Positions 21,252 through 34,366 of a stretch of DNA of 64,000 nt are shown in pieces. The notes below the pieces were generated by a model. It did not search any database. It was not told the DNA's origin and saw only the letters and a list, made by a program, of their open reading frames with translations. The stretch's first letter is position 1. Each line of letters starts with the position of its first letter. The position numbers and the translations under genes were made by a program. Source of the stretch: Lophium mytilinum (lineage: Eukaryota); NCBI GenBank assembly GCA_010093605.1, contig MU004188.1, positions 313,673 through 377,672 on the forward strand, read 5' to 3'.

Positions 21252-21456
21252 GGTTGTGGTGGTGAGCGTTGGTGGATCAGCACAGAGATGAAAGAAAACG
21301 AAGGCAACACTAGCGGCCGATTCGTGAGCACGTGATATCGTGTGTCGGAGAATCTATCATCCGGACTTCTTCACCGTTTCGAAGAATAGGAGCATATATG
21401 ATATACATCTCTTCCGACTCTAGTGCCCAAAGAAACTCTGTATCTCAAAGTTCAAA

Positions 21457-22576
21457 ATGCCCCCGCGACTCCCCTCCCTACGCCGTACCATCTTCCCGCC
21501 CAATTGCACTCGTCACCCCTCACGTTCCTTCTCTCTATCGCGATCCCCGCAAGCCCCAGAAAACACGGAACCTAGGCATGTTCCTCATTCCCAAAGCCTC
21601 TCAGGCAGACACGCCCTCATAACCGGTGGTTCGCGCGGCATCGGCCTCTCCATTGCCCGCCTCTTTGCCGCCCATTCCTGCCGCATCACCGTTATATCCC
21701 GCAATCAGGACATTGGGCGTGGTGCACTCGACACGCTGCCCAAGAGCCCAGACGGCATCCATAGGAGCATCGCTGGTGATATCTCATCCAGCGAAATCTG
21801 GGCAGAGCCGAACATGCTTGACGAGAAGGTCGACATCCTAGTCAATGCGGCGGGCGTCACGCTGATACGGCTACTGGTGCGGTCGAGTATCGAAGATGTG
21901 CAGAAAGTCGTACAGACGAATCTCACGGGCTCGATGCTAGCGGTGCGGTATCTACTGAAGAAGAAGCTGTTGCGGGCTGAGCCAAGAACGCAAGGGAATT
22001 TTAGTCCTGTGGTGATCAATCTAGCAAGCCTGCTAGCTGTGCAGGGCGGGAGGGGGTCGGTGGCGTATAGTGCGAGCAAAGCGGGAGTATTAGGTGCGTT
22101 GTGGTCACAAATTACGAATACATCGGTGATCAATCAGGAAGCTAATGAGAAATCACAGGCCTCACACGCGCGCTCGCCGCAGAACTCGGTCCAACAGGAA
22201 TCCGCGTGAACGCTATAGTGCCGGGGTACATCGAAACAGACATGACAGCAGGTAAGCAACTTCTGTATTCTATCGTCGGGTTCAGACTTGGGGTATTCCG
22301 TGCGTAACCATCGCGCCACCAACCTGACTTGACTCCCCCATCTCAAACCATCCAACCGCCTCGAGATCGTGGTCCCCACCAAAAGGCCAAAGAAACTAAT
22401 GTACACATGCAAATGCAGGTATGGACCCCGAAGTCCGCCGCCAAATGCTCCAGCGCATACCCCTGGGACGATTCGGTCAAGCAGACGAAATCGCAGACGC
22501 AGCGTTGTTCCTGGCTACGAACCAGTATGCCAACAACTGCGTCATAAACCTTGACGGCGGCCTTAGCGCTACCTGA
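21457..22576 (+). CDS. 3-oxoacyl-ACP reductase-like SDR (FabG/Oar1-like), probably mitochondrial
   Basis: [37 protein letters not shown] and NLDGGL. The Arg/Ser-rich N-terminus resembles a mitochondrial presequence. Confidence 0.9.
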
Positions 22577-22816
22577 AACTCCTTCCGGCCCGATATCTTG
22601 ATATACATGAGTGAAAAGAAGAAAAGCCCAGAGTGCCAAGTCCAGATGATTGAGCCGCATTCAGATGGCCTCTCCAGGATATGAGACCCCATCAAATCGT
22701 CGTCATTGGTTTTGCCTACTCCAAGCTCCGGCGGTAAGCTCCCGTAGCGACTAGATGAAGCTCTCAAAGACGAGCTCTTGGAAGCGGGTCTTAAATCAAG
22801 GGATGAAGCGGGGTTC

Positions 22817-24905
22817 TCAATCGTCGTCTATCACGATAGCGCCGTCCGCGGAATCGTCTAAGATGATTGAATCTCCGTTCTGAAGACCTTTGGACGGTTC
22901 CTCGACGACCTTGCCACGCTTCCGGATGAGCTCGTCTTCGAGCTCAGCCTCATTCACGTCACGCTTGCGCTTTGCAGCTCCATTAGTAACGGCGCCATTC
23001 CCGTTCGTCTCTGGTGGTGCTGGAGTCTGTTTCGGCTTCCGCGCGATGCTCAACTTCTCGGGAAGGTGGATGGGCTTCGAGTCTTCTGGTAGCGACTGAT
23101 CAGAGATAGCAAGAACAAGATTTACTCGAGGGTTCTCGTCCTCTTCATCAATAATGGTGATGAAGCTGTCGCCGTTGACTCCAAGTTCAGGGAATTTCTT
23201 AGACAGATTGTCATCAAGTTCCGGGTCATATAGAGTCCCTGCGTCGCTGTTGACGCTGAACTCCTCTCCATATCCCATCTGCAGTTTAAGAAAGTCTTCG
23301 ACCAAGTCGTTGAGCGTAGCACGTGATGTATCGACGATAAGTCTTGTTTGCGCAACGCTGCACACTGGACAGTCCGGATTTGGGGCTCTTGGCGGCTCAG
23401 GTAGAGTAGCCCTCTCGGTCAATCCCTTTCCGGGATTCAGGAACACTGTCTTAGCTTTGTCCAGCTCGTCGCGCATGATCTTGAAGCCTTGGAGAACGGC
23501 AAGACCGGCCGTCATTGCGTTTGTGGTGGCAATAGCTGGAATGATGTTGCCAGCCATTTCTGTTTATATTTAGTGTCGGATAGGCGTCTTGAACGTACTT
23601 TTGTGACTTACGCTTGATGTCGAACTTGGACTTCATCTCGATCCCGAATATGTAGGACCTGAGATTAGCAGTAGCAGCGACGAAGTCTAGGGTATCCACA
23701 TCATCCTTGTCGAAAGAGAGAATTGGGGGAGCGTTCCCTGCCTCCGTGCTGGCTCTCAGGTCTTCCAGCCTATTGCTCAATCGTCTGATCGAGTCGACAA
23801 AAACGGAGAAGTTCTCGGCTAGTGTCCAGGTAACCTGGTCCTGTTGCGCGATAGCAGAGCCTGATCCTAGTGCCTCCTGTGATAGCCCATCATAATCCAG
23901 CGCGTGTGGTGCCTTCCGGGTCTTCCACATCTCCTCCATCGAGCGCAAACGCTCTATGTCTTCTTTGAAGACTTTGTTGAAGACTAGGCGGGGGAAATCT
24001 TCTGAGCCCATAGATTGTCGTATGGTTTTCAGCGCTTGAGACTCCTGTCTCAGCTTCTCGAGCTCCTTGCGGTTTTCGGAGTCTTCTGAGTGGTCGAGCT
24101 CCGGAGAGTCATCCTCACTCGTGCCAAAGATCTCGGTGAGGAGATAGGACTTCCCCCACACAATGCAATGGATCGGCTGGCTAGGTGTACTGCGGATCGT
24201 GCAGACCGGAAAGCTCTTGGGGGTTGCTTTGTGCGTGCAATCGTAACATTCCGTTTTCCCCTTTGCTAGTAAGCCTCTTGTGTCCGAATGTGCCCGTTTA
24301 TTCCCCAGTGTAGTTCACCTTTTTGATCACCGAAACCTGGCCATTGAAGCCCGTGGTTCCACTCTCGACGAGGGCAACGTCGGCCGCCAGACACATCTTG
24401 TTGACGTGACGCCGCGCTTCCAGATTATCTAGGGCATTGAAAACGACGGCAAAGCTCTTGAAATAGTCGACGTTGAATTGGGGATCTTTTATATTGGCGT
24501 GATGCGCTTCTATCTTGACGTTCGGGTTGAAGCGCCCTGCGGATTCTTTGGCAACCTATGCACGTCACTTCGTCAGCCCTTGTCGCGCAAGACAGCTCCA
24601 AGGTTCTCCAAATACGTACCAAAGCCTTTGACTTCTTGATGTGCTCGTGGCGAAAGAGGAACTGGCGATTCAGGTTGCTCAGATCGATCGTATCCAGATC
24701 CACTATATGAATTTCTCCGAATCCGGTCAGGACGAGGTTCTTAAGGAGCTCACAGCCGATGCCACCAGCTCCGACCATAAGGACACGCGACTAGAGCTTC
24801 GATTAGCGAAAGCGGCGATAGCTGTTGCGGCACCGTAACTCTTACGTCCTTGATCCGGCTGTAGAGAGAGCCAAGGCTCTGTTTTGGATATCGATCGCGC
24901 CCCAT
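22817..24905 (-). CDS. UBA2: SUMO-activating enzyme E1 catalytic subunit
   Basis: [51 protein letters not shown] (catalytic Cys), [19 protein letters not shown], CxxC Zn motifs and a C-terminal SIM-like IVIDDD. Confidence 0.95.
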
Positions 24906-25428
24906 TGCGAGTAGATGTTGGTGGGTGGACTTGATTAAGACATGTACGGAGGATGAAGGTAGATGAGAGGAAGACTGGAGGGGCTAGGCGGAGTGAAGAG
25001 GTTGTCGGGGGTCCGGATCAGAGCCAAAGGTGAGAGGGCGCCAGGCGCGCGAGAGAGATCGCCTGTCCGCTTGGCGTCAACGCTAGTAAGAGCCGCATAA
25101 ATCGGCCCGTGCGAGACCCGGCCCGATTGAACGGCTCAGCTGCACAATCCTGACCAGGCACAAAACACGGTCAGGGCTGTCTCTCGAGCTTGAATGGATG
25201 CTGCGCTGTGTCTGTCGTCTGCAGTCAAGCTGAGCGTATTCTCAGACTCTCGCAGCGAATAAAGACGCGCGTAGTCAGCTTTCCCAATCTCCTTTGATTT
25301 GGATCACCCGTTGCAAGGAACATCCAGTCTTGGAAACCCGCTGAGAAAAAAAGACATATCACACCAAGTCTCCCACGTTTCATTCATATTCAGACGTATC
25401 ACCAACATTTTTCGCCGCTGGTAACACA

Positions 25429-26710
25429 ATGTCCGACGATGAGCCTGACCTCGAGCTTCTGGATCTCCTCCGCAAGTCACTTGGTATTGGGCCTGCTGAT
25501 CCCAATGCAGCGCCAGAGACGAAAGTGCTACGAGATGCAGAGTACATCTACAACAACAGCATCGACGTAGCACTCGATATGCGCGGGACTAAGAACGCTG
25601 CCATTGCTATCTGGGATTCCATGCAGGAGCGCTCTTACGGTACCAAAACATGGTCAGAGCACGAGCTTCATCCAAAGAGTAAAGACGTAGCTACCGTCAG
25701 TTTCATCTTCACAATGGACTTGCTCAACTTTAGCTTCTGGAGTGAGAAGAACGCGGAGGAGAGATTTGCAGTCGAGTACAAAGAGAAGAGGTGGACAGGG
25801 TACTGGAGTTTGGTGGCTGCACTGCAACGAGCGCTTGACGAAGGTACTTTGAATCACTGTCTCACATTCTCTTTGCTGTTTCCACTTCAGTGCTCATGAC
25901 TCCCAGAGATACCTATCACTTCCCCGGCTTTCTGGGCCAATGAAGAAGAGTGCACCGAGGAAGTCCTCCGCTCCGTCTTCCGATCAGTCACATCCGAAGA
26001 AGTCCCCCTATTCGCCGAGCGCGTCGCATGCCTACGCGAAGCGGGCGAGATCCTAGTCGAAGTGTGTAAATGTAGACATCCTTGTGAACCGCACATTTCT
26101 CCGTCCCCAGACTGACAGGACAGGAATTCGACGGCAGTATCGTGACGCTTATCGAGGACGCCAAGAACTCCGCCGCAGGGCTGGTCAACATGCTAGCTGA
26201 TACCTTTCCGTGCTTCAGAGATGAGCACAAGTTCGAGAGGCGACAAGTGAGATTCTTGAAGCGTGCACAGATTTTCGTGGCGGACCTGTGGGCTGCTTTT
26301 GACGGTGAGAGCTACGGCGAGTTCAATGACATCGATAAGATTACGATGTTTGCTGGTGGGTACTTTCCTTTTCACCTTCGGCCAATCCCTGTACAGCGTC
26401 TAATGTGTGCAAAGACTACCGCATACCGCAAATCCTCCATTCTCTCGGCTGCCTAATCTACTGCCCACCGCTCGAGTCTCGCATCCGCCGGCTGGATACG
26501 CTCGAATGTGGGCATAGCTGGGAGCTGCAGCTACGCGGATGCAGCATTTGGAGTGTAGAGCTTCTCCGCCGTGAGATTGTCAGAGACCATCCGGAGGCAA
26601 ACGTCAACGCTATTTTGATCGATTTCTTTCTGTACGACCTAGCAAAGGAGAAGGAGGACGAGGGCGAGGAGGAGATACCCCATCATCGGACTAGGTGTAT
26701 TTGGTATTGA
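25429..26710 (+). CDS. Queuosine salvage protein (DUF2419 / QNG1 family), 4 exons
   Basis: IFTMDLLNFSFW, TGYWSLVAAL, FPCFRD, FLKRAQIFVADLW, ITMFA/DYRIPQIL, ELQLRGCSI, IDFFLYD and C-terminal PHHRTRCIWY. Confidence 0.92.
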
Positions 26711-26770
26711 TTCGGGACTGCATCATTGCTTTTCTTCTTTAGTAGTTCTTCCATTTCAAACTAGACTTTT

Positions 26771-27710
26771 GAGCACCTGTTGGCACTGTTTGGGGTACTT
26801 CGATGAGTGTAAGAATATCCTAGCACGATGTCAAGGTTCCCACAGCGCGAATTAGACTACCTGTTGGAAGACCGTCTGCTTGCTTACTAAGGCACTCCTG
26901 ATGGCGGTGTTGGCATGGCAAGACCCCCGCACATGATGTAGAGAACGACGCAGTGGGAATCGGACAACTCTTTGACTGGCTGGCTACCTGCTTGCTGAGG
27001 CACTTCTGACGGTGGTGTTGGTAGGGCAATGCATCCGCACACGATGTAGAGAATGAGGCAGTGAGAATTGGACTCCCCTTTGACAGGCTAGTTACCAGCT
27101 TGCCGGGGCACTCCTGACGTTGGTATCGCGTGCGAAAGAGCTCTGAATACGATGCAAGGCACCATGCAGTGGAAACCGGACTATCCTTTTACTAGCTGAG
27201 TACCTGCTAGCAGGGGTCCTCTTCACAGTGGTACCGTGCGAGCAAGAGATTAGCCTAAGTCTTAGAGTTCACGTGTCTAATCTTGTAGCCCAGTTCTAGA
27301 AGGCTTCTTGAGGACCTATATACCCTTGGTTGGCACTGCATGTGGGCCCCCAATGTGCTTTTGAAAGTTAGCACATGCTTTCAAGGTTCCAGCAGTAGAG
27401 AAGGGGTTTCCTCCTGACAAATCCAATGTAAGCTAGCTGGGGTCCGCTTCATAGTGGTCTCAAGCGAGTAGGAGTGGAGTTCTAGCGATGGAATTTAGGT
27501 GTTGCAATCTGGGGCCTATTTTGAATGGCTTCCTTAACGGTTATGCACACCCTGTTGCCACTATTTGTAGGGCTCCCATGAGCTTTAGAAAGTGCAAGCA
27601 CGATGTAAAGATTGATGCAGTGGAATCTGGGCTGCACTTTGGCTGGCCGGATTACAGGCTAGTTGGGGTCCTTCTTGCAGTGGTATTGAGTGAGCAAAAG
27701 GGGAGCCGGA
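26771..27710. repeat. Cluster of diverged short repeats (108-bp tandem core plus longer dispersed copies)
   Basis: A (C/T)A(C/T)GATG...GCAGTG motif recurs near 26823, 26931, 27039, 27148 and 27599. The leader CACCTGTTG(G/C)CACT recurs near 26774 and 27549, with a weaker copy near 27322. Confidence 0.8.
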
Positions 27711-27962
27711 GTAGCGGGATATGCGTATACTTAAGTTAAAGACCTGGTACTCTATCAGAAGCCGGAAGGAAGAAACGCGCGTGCAGTTCAATGTGTAAAG
27801 TCTTTTGCATCATTAGGTGGAAATTTGAGTTCGCCCAGGGGATCTGAACACGCGACCTTACTAGCAAATCGAAAGAGGCAGCTCTTCCATTCATGATGTT
27901 CGGTGCTGGTATTATACAGTTACAGGTTTCTACAATAGTGACGCTCTTTGGTGTCTCCCATC

Positions 27963-29930
27963 CTACGCTTCCTTGGTCAAAATTTCTTCAATCCAATGTT
28001 TGACCTCAAGGCACGAGGGCCTTTTTGCCTCCTCAGCGTCCACCATTTTGTCAACTAAGCCGGCGACACCCTCCCCCACCCGCTCCACAAAGTCTTTCGG
28101 CATGCGGCCTACTTTGAGATCTTGTAGGGTCACGATGCGTTCCATCCTAGTTGGAAATTCCCTCAAAAGCTCGAAAAGGATGACACCTAGCGCAAATACG
28201 TCTATTTTCTCGCTCATTGGGCCCGTCTGCGTCGGTCTGTAGAACTCCGTTCCGACAGCTTTTGGAGTTTGACCAACATTTATCGCGTCTTCGAGTGCCC
28301 CTACGAGGCCAAAGTCTCCGATCCTCGGGTTGATGTATACGCAGTGGGGAGATTCGACGCCGTGTGAGCATTGGTGGCAGGACGTGATGTCAATCGAACC
28401 GGATATTCTCTTGTTAGGGGAGACAGAGAGGAGGATGTTGGCAGGCTTGAGGTCGCGATGAACCACATTCTGGGAGTGGAGGTAGGAGACCCCTTTCAGG
28501 ATCTTGAGGAGGATGCGGAGGGATATGGCCGTGTGGAAACAATGTTTCAAGTGGATTGATGACGCTTCATTTGAATGCTCCGATGCGAGGAACTGCCCTA
28601 GCGTGAGAGGATGGAGAGACATCTGGATGTTTAGAGTAAAGGTGAGCCTAAAAGTATTGCCAAGGACTACTTCTGGTTAGTACAGGATTGTCTCTTGGGA
28701 GAGGGAAACATTACTCTGCGAAACATCTGGCGTCATCTCTGGTGCTGACTGCTCGTAAGAGGCAAATGCCTCTCTCGGAATGGTCTCATCGGCGTCCTCA
28801 TCATCGGCGTTTTTGCTTTGGCTTTTCGAACCCCTCAGAGGGGTACTGGAACGATCAAAGATATCTTCAGAAAGATGATCGCTCGACTCTGCTCCAGACA
28901 CTGTTGGAAGTCTCTCTTCGTCCTCAGAAGTGACATCCTCTGAGCACAGTTCTGAGCTTTCAAAGGTGCTGGGGCCCTCCAAAAGCTTAGGATTATTGTC
29001 AAACTGCGACGAGAGTGCGTCTGGTTCGGAAGCTTCCAGCCAGGCGTGGTGATATCGTACGATGTTGCGATGGTCTAGTCGTGCTAAAGTGCGTACCTCT
29101 TCTAGTAGGAGTTCTAGTTCCTTCTGGCCACCACGTTGGATCTTGTTCATACGCATTGGGCTCAAGGGAATACGTTTTACCGCGTAATCGAACCCATCGA
29201 GTCTATTCTTCGCCATGTAAACGCGTCCATAGCCTCCCTTGCCGAGTAGACACTGCTGCTCAAAGTCTTGGGCATAGCGCGAAGAATTGTACCCAGATTG
29301 GCTCCCTAGTAGTGGACGTAGTGAATCCGGGATTTGGCCATGGAATATGGCACGCTCTCGAGGTGAGTTCGACCCAGAGCTTCCCGGAAATGTCAGAACG
29401 TTCCGAAAAGTTGACGCAAGTGCCGTAGTACTACCAGCAGCCGAAGTGTACGTGTTGGGGAGAGCAGAAGATCCAGGCTGCGCTCTCGATAGTAGTTGAA
29501 GCCCTTGTCGTACTGTTTCGCGTTTGGTGCGGTTACTCTCTGCACTGAATTCCGAGGACACGTTGGCGTAGGTGTGGAGGCCTTGTGACAAAGTACTGTA
29601 CTTTTGCTGGCTCAAGGCTACAACATCTGGATGATCTGGTGGTTTCGCTAGCTCTTCGGCTGCCTCTTTGCGTGCCTTTTCTTCAAGTAAGGCATGGATT
29701 ATGAGGTCCTTCTCCCGATTACTAGGATGCCTCATTGGACCCGCACGTGGACGCAGTGGTACATCTTCTCCTTCTTCTGCACCGCTGGTGCTAAGCGTCT
29801 GGATACGCGATAGATCATTGAGTTGCTCGCTGTACGAATCGTGAGAGTCTTGGGCATCTTTGGGTGCCTTATCGCTGGAGTCGTCCGAAGAGGAAGCGTC
29901 GTCGCTTGGCGTACGAAAGAAAGAAGGCAT
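27963..29930 (-). CDS. eIF2-alpha kinase-like (PEK/HRI-type) protein kinase, 2 exons
   Basis: SRYAQDF, LGKGGYGRV, NRLDGFDYAVKRI, EVRTLARLDHRNIVRYHHAWLE, a long acidic insert, LNIQM, HRDLKPANI, IGDFG and DVFALG. A short GTAATG..TACTAAC.CAG intron near 28673-28714 restores the frame. Confidence 0.9.
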
Positions 29931-30566
29931 TGTGAAGGAAAAAGAGAATGAAGTTACGAAAGAGGAGACCCTATGTAAGTAACGCCAGGTGTCATAATGT
30001 CGTAGGGCGGGTTTGTCCTCTGCTGACAGGTCTGGCTGCTGAACGAAGGCAATGACGAAGGAAACGTTGTTGGCTGACGCTGGCAGGCGTGTCTTGATGC
30101 ACTCTCAGAGATCTGATTGAGACGTGAGTTGATCGTTGTGGAAGGTCTGTAAACCTGTTGGGCCACACCAGACAGCGCTGTCTAAATGTCCACTTGAGAG
30201 GAGCGGCTATCCATACCTTAGGAAGGCGTCCGAGCTGGTGAATCGAGATAGAACATCGCAGATTCTGTGACTCGAAGGTGACCCGACGTAGAAGTCCGGA
30301 CAGGCAGAAGGGCGCAACTTTGACGATCCCGATGTTGACAGTAAGTCGGTTTTGAACGGTTGCGCTAGGCTAGAAACGGCTAGCAGGCTCTCGCATCCTC
30401 TGCGCGCCACTTGAGCACCCCTCACCATTCACTCTTTGCGGTGAAAGGTCGGCGATGCTTGCTCTATCGCAAACTCTTTTTGGAGGAGGGAGGTTTCCTG
30501 TTCATAACCTCTAAGAGTAGTTGCGCACACCTGCCGCTCCTGCATCTTAACATCTTAACGCAGACG

Positions 30567-31835
30567 ATGCCGCGCAAACTCCCATGGCTCACCCAGAGCA
30601 CAGCGAAGAAAAAGGAAGCAGTGACCTCTTTCGAAGGGCCAAAGACATCAAGGCCCACGAAAAGGCAGCGAGTGTTTACGCCAGAGTTTGATGAAGAGGA
30701 GGAAAATGAGTTCATCAGGGCTGGCGCGTCAAACGCGAGGAAAGGCAAAGAAAGAGCAGGTAAAAAGCATCAAGATGCAAGGATATGAGCAGCGCTAATC
30801 CTAGCAGAACGTGCAATGTCGTCTTCTCCCATCCGCTCATCAGCTGAAGAGGGGCCACCGCCAAAAGAGTGAGGCTAAAGTGAGCTTCATTTTGCAAGAC
30901 GCGTGAAGCTAACAAAGCTCAGATATATGAAGGAAGGCGTCGGCGCGGACGATGACTGGATGATGGTTGAGGATGAGTTCTTAGCAACTGCAACTCTTTT
31001 CACTAAACACCTTCATCAAGCCGAATATGCGCGATTGAGGAAACTTCATGTCGAGACCAAACCCACCGCTGGTGGCAGGCCAATTCTGCAGAATGGAAAG
31101 GTGCCAGCGGAAACAAAGAATCGCCTTAGCGCCGAAGCGAAAGCCAAAGCCCAATGGAACTCGATACAGAAGTCTTTTGGTTACGAAGAGGGCGAATACC
31201 CATCTTCACCAGAACGGTCGAACTTGAGGGGCCTCACTAAAGGGCCGCCTCCTTCGGCCGCTCTGACTGCAAGTCAGAGACAGGCGAAACCGAAACAGCG
31301 ACGAGATTTATCTCCTCCGCGGCGGAGAAGAGAAACGACCACTCCGACCGCGAGGCAATCGAATCGCAGCATCCTAGCTGGAGTGGCGAAAGAACTCGAC
31401 GGCATTTCTGCATCAGATGACAGCGACGACCTCGACGCTCCAGCAAGACTACGACAACCAGTGAGGCCGGCTATGTCCCGGAATCGGAAAGTCTTTGGCG
31501 CCTCAAATATCAGTAAATCTCTCCCCTTATCGCCACCAAAGCGTCCACCAGACCCACCAAATCCACAGCCGTTAATGTCAAGGAAGCCACTACCATCGCC
31601 CACAACATCGAAACCGGCATCATCATCTCGTTTCTCCACCTCAGATTTCCTAGATGATTTCAAACCACGTAGAAGTCAGAAATCTACAGGGTCTACGCCC
31701 ATCTCCCAAACTCCAGAACCACCAGACGACTCCATGTCCCGTATTGCAAAGCGTAGGGCAGACAGAGCGAAAAAGCAGGCAGACGAGAAGAAGAAGCGTG
31801 TTTTGCTTGAAGAGATACCCACATTCCTAGTTTGA
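30567..31835 (+). CDS. Conserved-looking hypothetical fungal protein, spliced
   Basis: MPRKLPWL start, central YMKEG..DDDWMMVEDEFLATATLFTKHLHQAEYARL block and C-terminal EEIPTFLV. Two short introns. Confidence 0.75.
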
Positions 31836-32260
31836 TCTATCTGATAATAATCACTTTCTCATGATACCCCTTGGATGCGTAGGCGGCTGGTTTCCATGTC
31901 TATTCCGAATAGCTTTTCATAATCCTCTCAGCTCTGCTTTCAATTGAACCGTAAAGACGGCGGTTGTGCTAGACGCACGGTACCCCACGGCGTGCACGAC
32001 GCGACGCGTCTTTAGAAACACTGGCATGATAGGTACGGTAAGACAGCAGCTGTAACACGAATCGCTACGTTGAGCTCAATTGTAATCGAATATTTTGTTC
32101 GTCTCTGCCGTTATAGAAACGCCAGAGCCATCATATCTGCTAACCTAAGCAATACCGCCATCGAATCTAGCAAAAAAGTCGTTGAGCAGCCTAGAAATAC
32201 AGCCGTCTAGCGGCCATCTATCACACCTCCCGCTCTACAGGAACGCCACAGCGTGGGTAT

Positions 32261-34366
32261 CTAGCTGAAAATTTTGTTGAACCACCTATCCACCGCATTC
32301 CTACACCAAACAGATTAGCCACGGATCCCAAAACACCAATATCCAGAGTAGACTTACTTGTCAGGCGTCGGCACAAAGTTCTTCGTGTACTCCTCGATCT
32401 CCTCCAGATCCTGGTACAGATCCACCTCCATCGGACTCTTGAACTTCGTCTTCTTGATCAGCTTCCAGCCAATATACAGCACCGGAAACACAAAGATCAT
32501 CATATACGAGAACAAGAACGTCGGCAAGTCCCACTGGCCCTTAAGAAAAACCGGATACCCGCCCACAAACGTCATCACAAAGCAGCCCGTAAGCCCATAA
32601 TACGCGGCAAACGGCTGCCCGAAGCTCTTATAAGGCAGCGTATTCCGATTCAGCCTCTGCGCATCGCACGCCTTCTTGAAGCGGATGAACGTAAAGCACA
32701 TGACGCAGAAGTTGATGAGTTGCGACGCGGTAACCAGGTTCACGAACCACTGCAGCACGACGGCCGAGTTCTCGGACAGCTGGAGGAACGAGAGGAGCGC
32801 CAGCACGAGCACGACGAGCACGCAGTAGATCGGCACGCCCTGCCGCGTACAGCGGGTCAGGAAGCGCGGCGCCTTGCCTTCGAGCGCGAGGCCGTATAGC
32901 GAGCGCGACGCGCAGTAGACGTAGCTGTTCCCTGCGGAGAAGGCGGATGCGAGCACCATGGCGTTGACGATGTCGGGTAGGACTTGGATGCTGAGGCGGT
33001 TCATGGCGACGACGTAGGGAGAGGCAGCGGCGCCGGGCTTGCCGTCCTTGAAGGCTGCGATGAGCTCGGCGTCGTTGAAGGGGACGTTGATGCCGACGCA
33101 CAGGGAGCCTAGCACGAAGAAGGCTGTCAGACGGTAGAAAACGGAGTTGTAGGCGCGTGGCATGACGACGCGCGGATTCTCTGCTTCGCCGGCAGCCATG
33201 GAGACGTAGTCGGGGCCTGCGACGGTGAAGGATGCTAGGATGAGGCATTGTAGGAAGCCGAGGAAGCGGCCTAGGTGGCCCTCGTAGTAGAGCTCGGTGA
33301 AGGAGCCCGGGTCGACCCAATAGCGGAAGCCAAAGCGGTCGTGTTTGGGGTTGCCACCAAGCATAGTGATGAAGGTGTAGATGATGAGACCGATTATGAG
33401 AAGAACTTTTCCCAGAGCAGCCCAGAACTCACTCTCACCGTACCACTTGACGGCTAGGAGGTTGATGAGACTTGTTGAGGGTTAGTTTCTTGGAGAATCT
33501 TAAATCATTGAATAGGCTAGATGATCTTGGGAACCTTACCCGTATAGTACAATTACGATTGAGATGATCCCTCCGGCCGGGACAGCGTCACTCCAATAGT
33601 GAATGATAACGTTGCATGCCACGATCTCGAAAGGTACCAGCATAGCCTCGAAGACGAAGAAGTTCCAGCCTGCAGCTACTCCAAAGGCATCATCAACGTA
33701 GCGACCGGCGAACCGGATGAAAGGCGAGGAGATTGGGAGGTAAGTGACCATCTCTGCCATGCCTAGATGTATTATTAGAGGTCTGCGATGGGATTCTTAA
33801 GGTTGCTTTCGATAATCAAGTTGCTCGGATGTTCTGAAATTTGTAGGTTCAAGTCGCGAGGCGTTGTTTGCGCTTTAGGTATGCATCGAATCGCATAGGT
33901 CGCTAGGAAATAGGGGTCATACACAGAGTGACAGCAAGAATGAACGAACACCTGTTCACGTCAAATGGTGAGTATACTCGTGCGCAAAACAAAGCTCGCA
34001 GGATAGAGCCATCAATTGAACCGGTCTGACGTATTTTCGAGGTTGGAACCGCTCATAAAGTTTGCGAAACTTGAATATTCAGGGGGGGGGAAGAACATAC
34101 CATAATGTGAATGCGATGAACAGGCTTGCGGGGCCGCCATTGATCAAGCCACGGCCAATCTGAACGTATAGAGCGGTTCCAATGGTTCCACCGATACCAA
34201 TCAATTGGATGTGTCGTGGCTTCAGCTTGCGCTGGGTGGCATCGCCCCTCTTAATTGATATAGAATCTGGCCGCTCTTCGTCGTCGTAACCTTCCTTCTT
34301 GTAATCAGGCTTCTTGTCGTCGAAGGGAGTAGACGTATTGACATAGTCAACCCCGGAAGAAGCCAT
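32261..34366 (-). CDS. APC/YAT amino-acid permease, AGP2-like
   Basis: RKLKPRHIQLIGIGGTIGTALYV, MAEMVTYLPISSPF, WYGESEFW, GFRYW..PG, AGEAENPR and SAGNSYVYCASRSLYGLA. Several introns; last exon ends FS*. Confidence 0.92.

Noticed and set aside
17461..24905. F-box-like, ELC1 and UBA2 as a ubiquitin-system cluster; queuosine salvage gene as a partner of the tRNA-like array
   Set aside because: They act in different pathways, are interspersed with unrelated genes, and the salvage gene is 17 kb from the array. There is no evidence beyond proximity.
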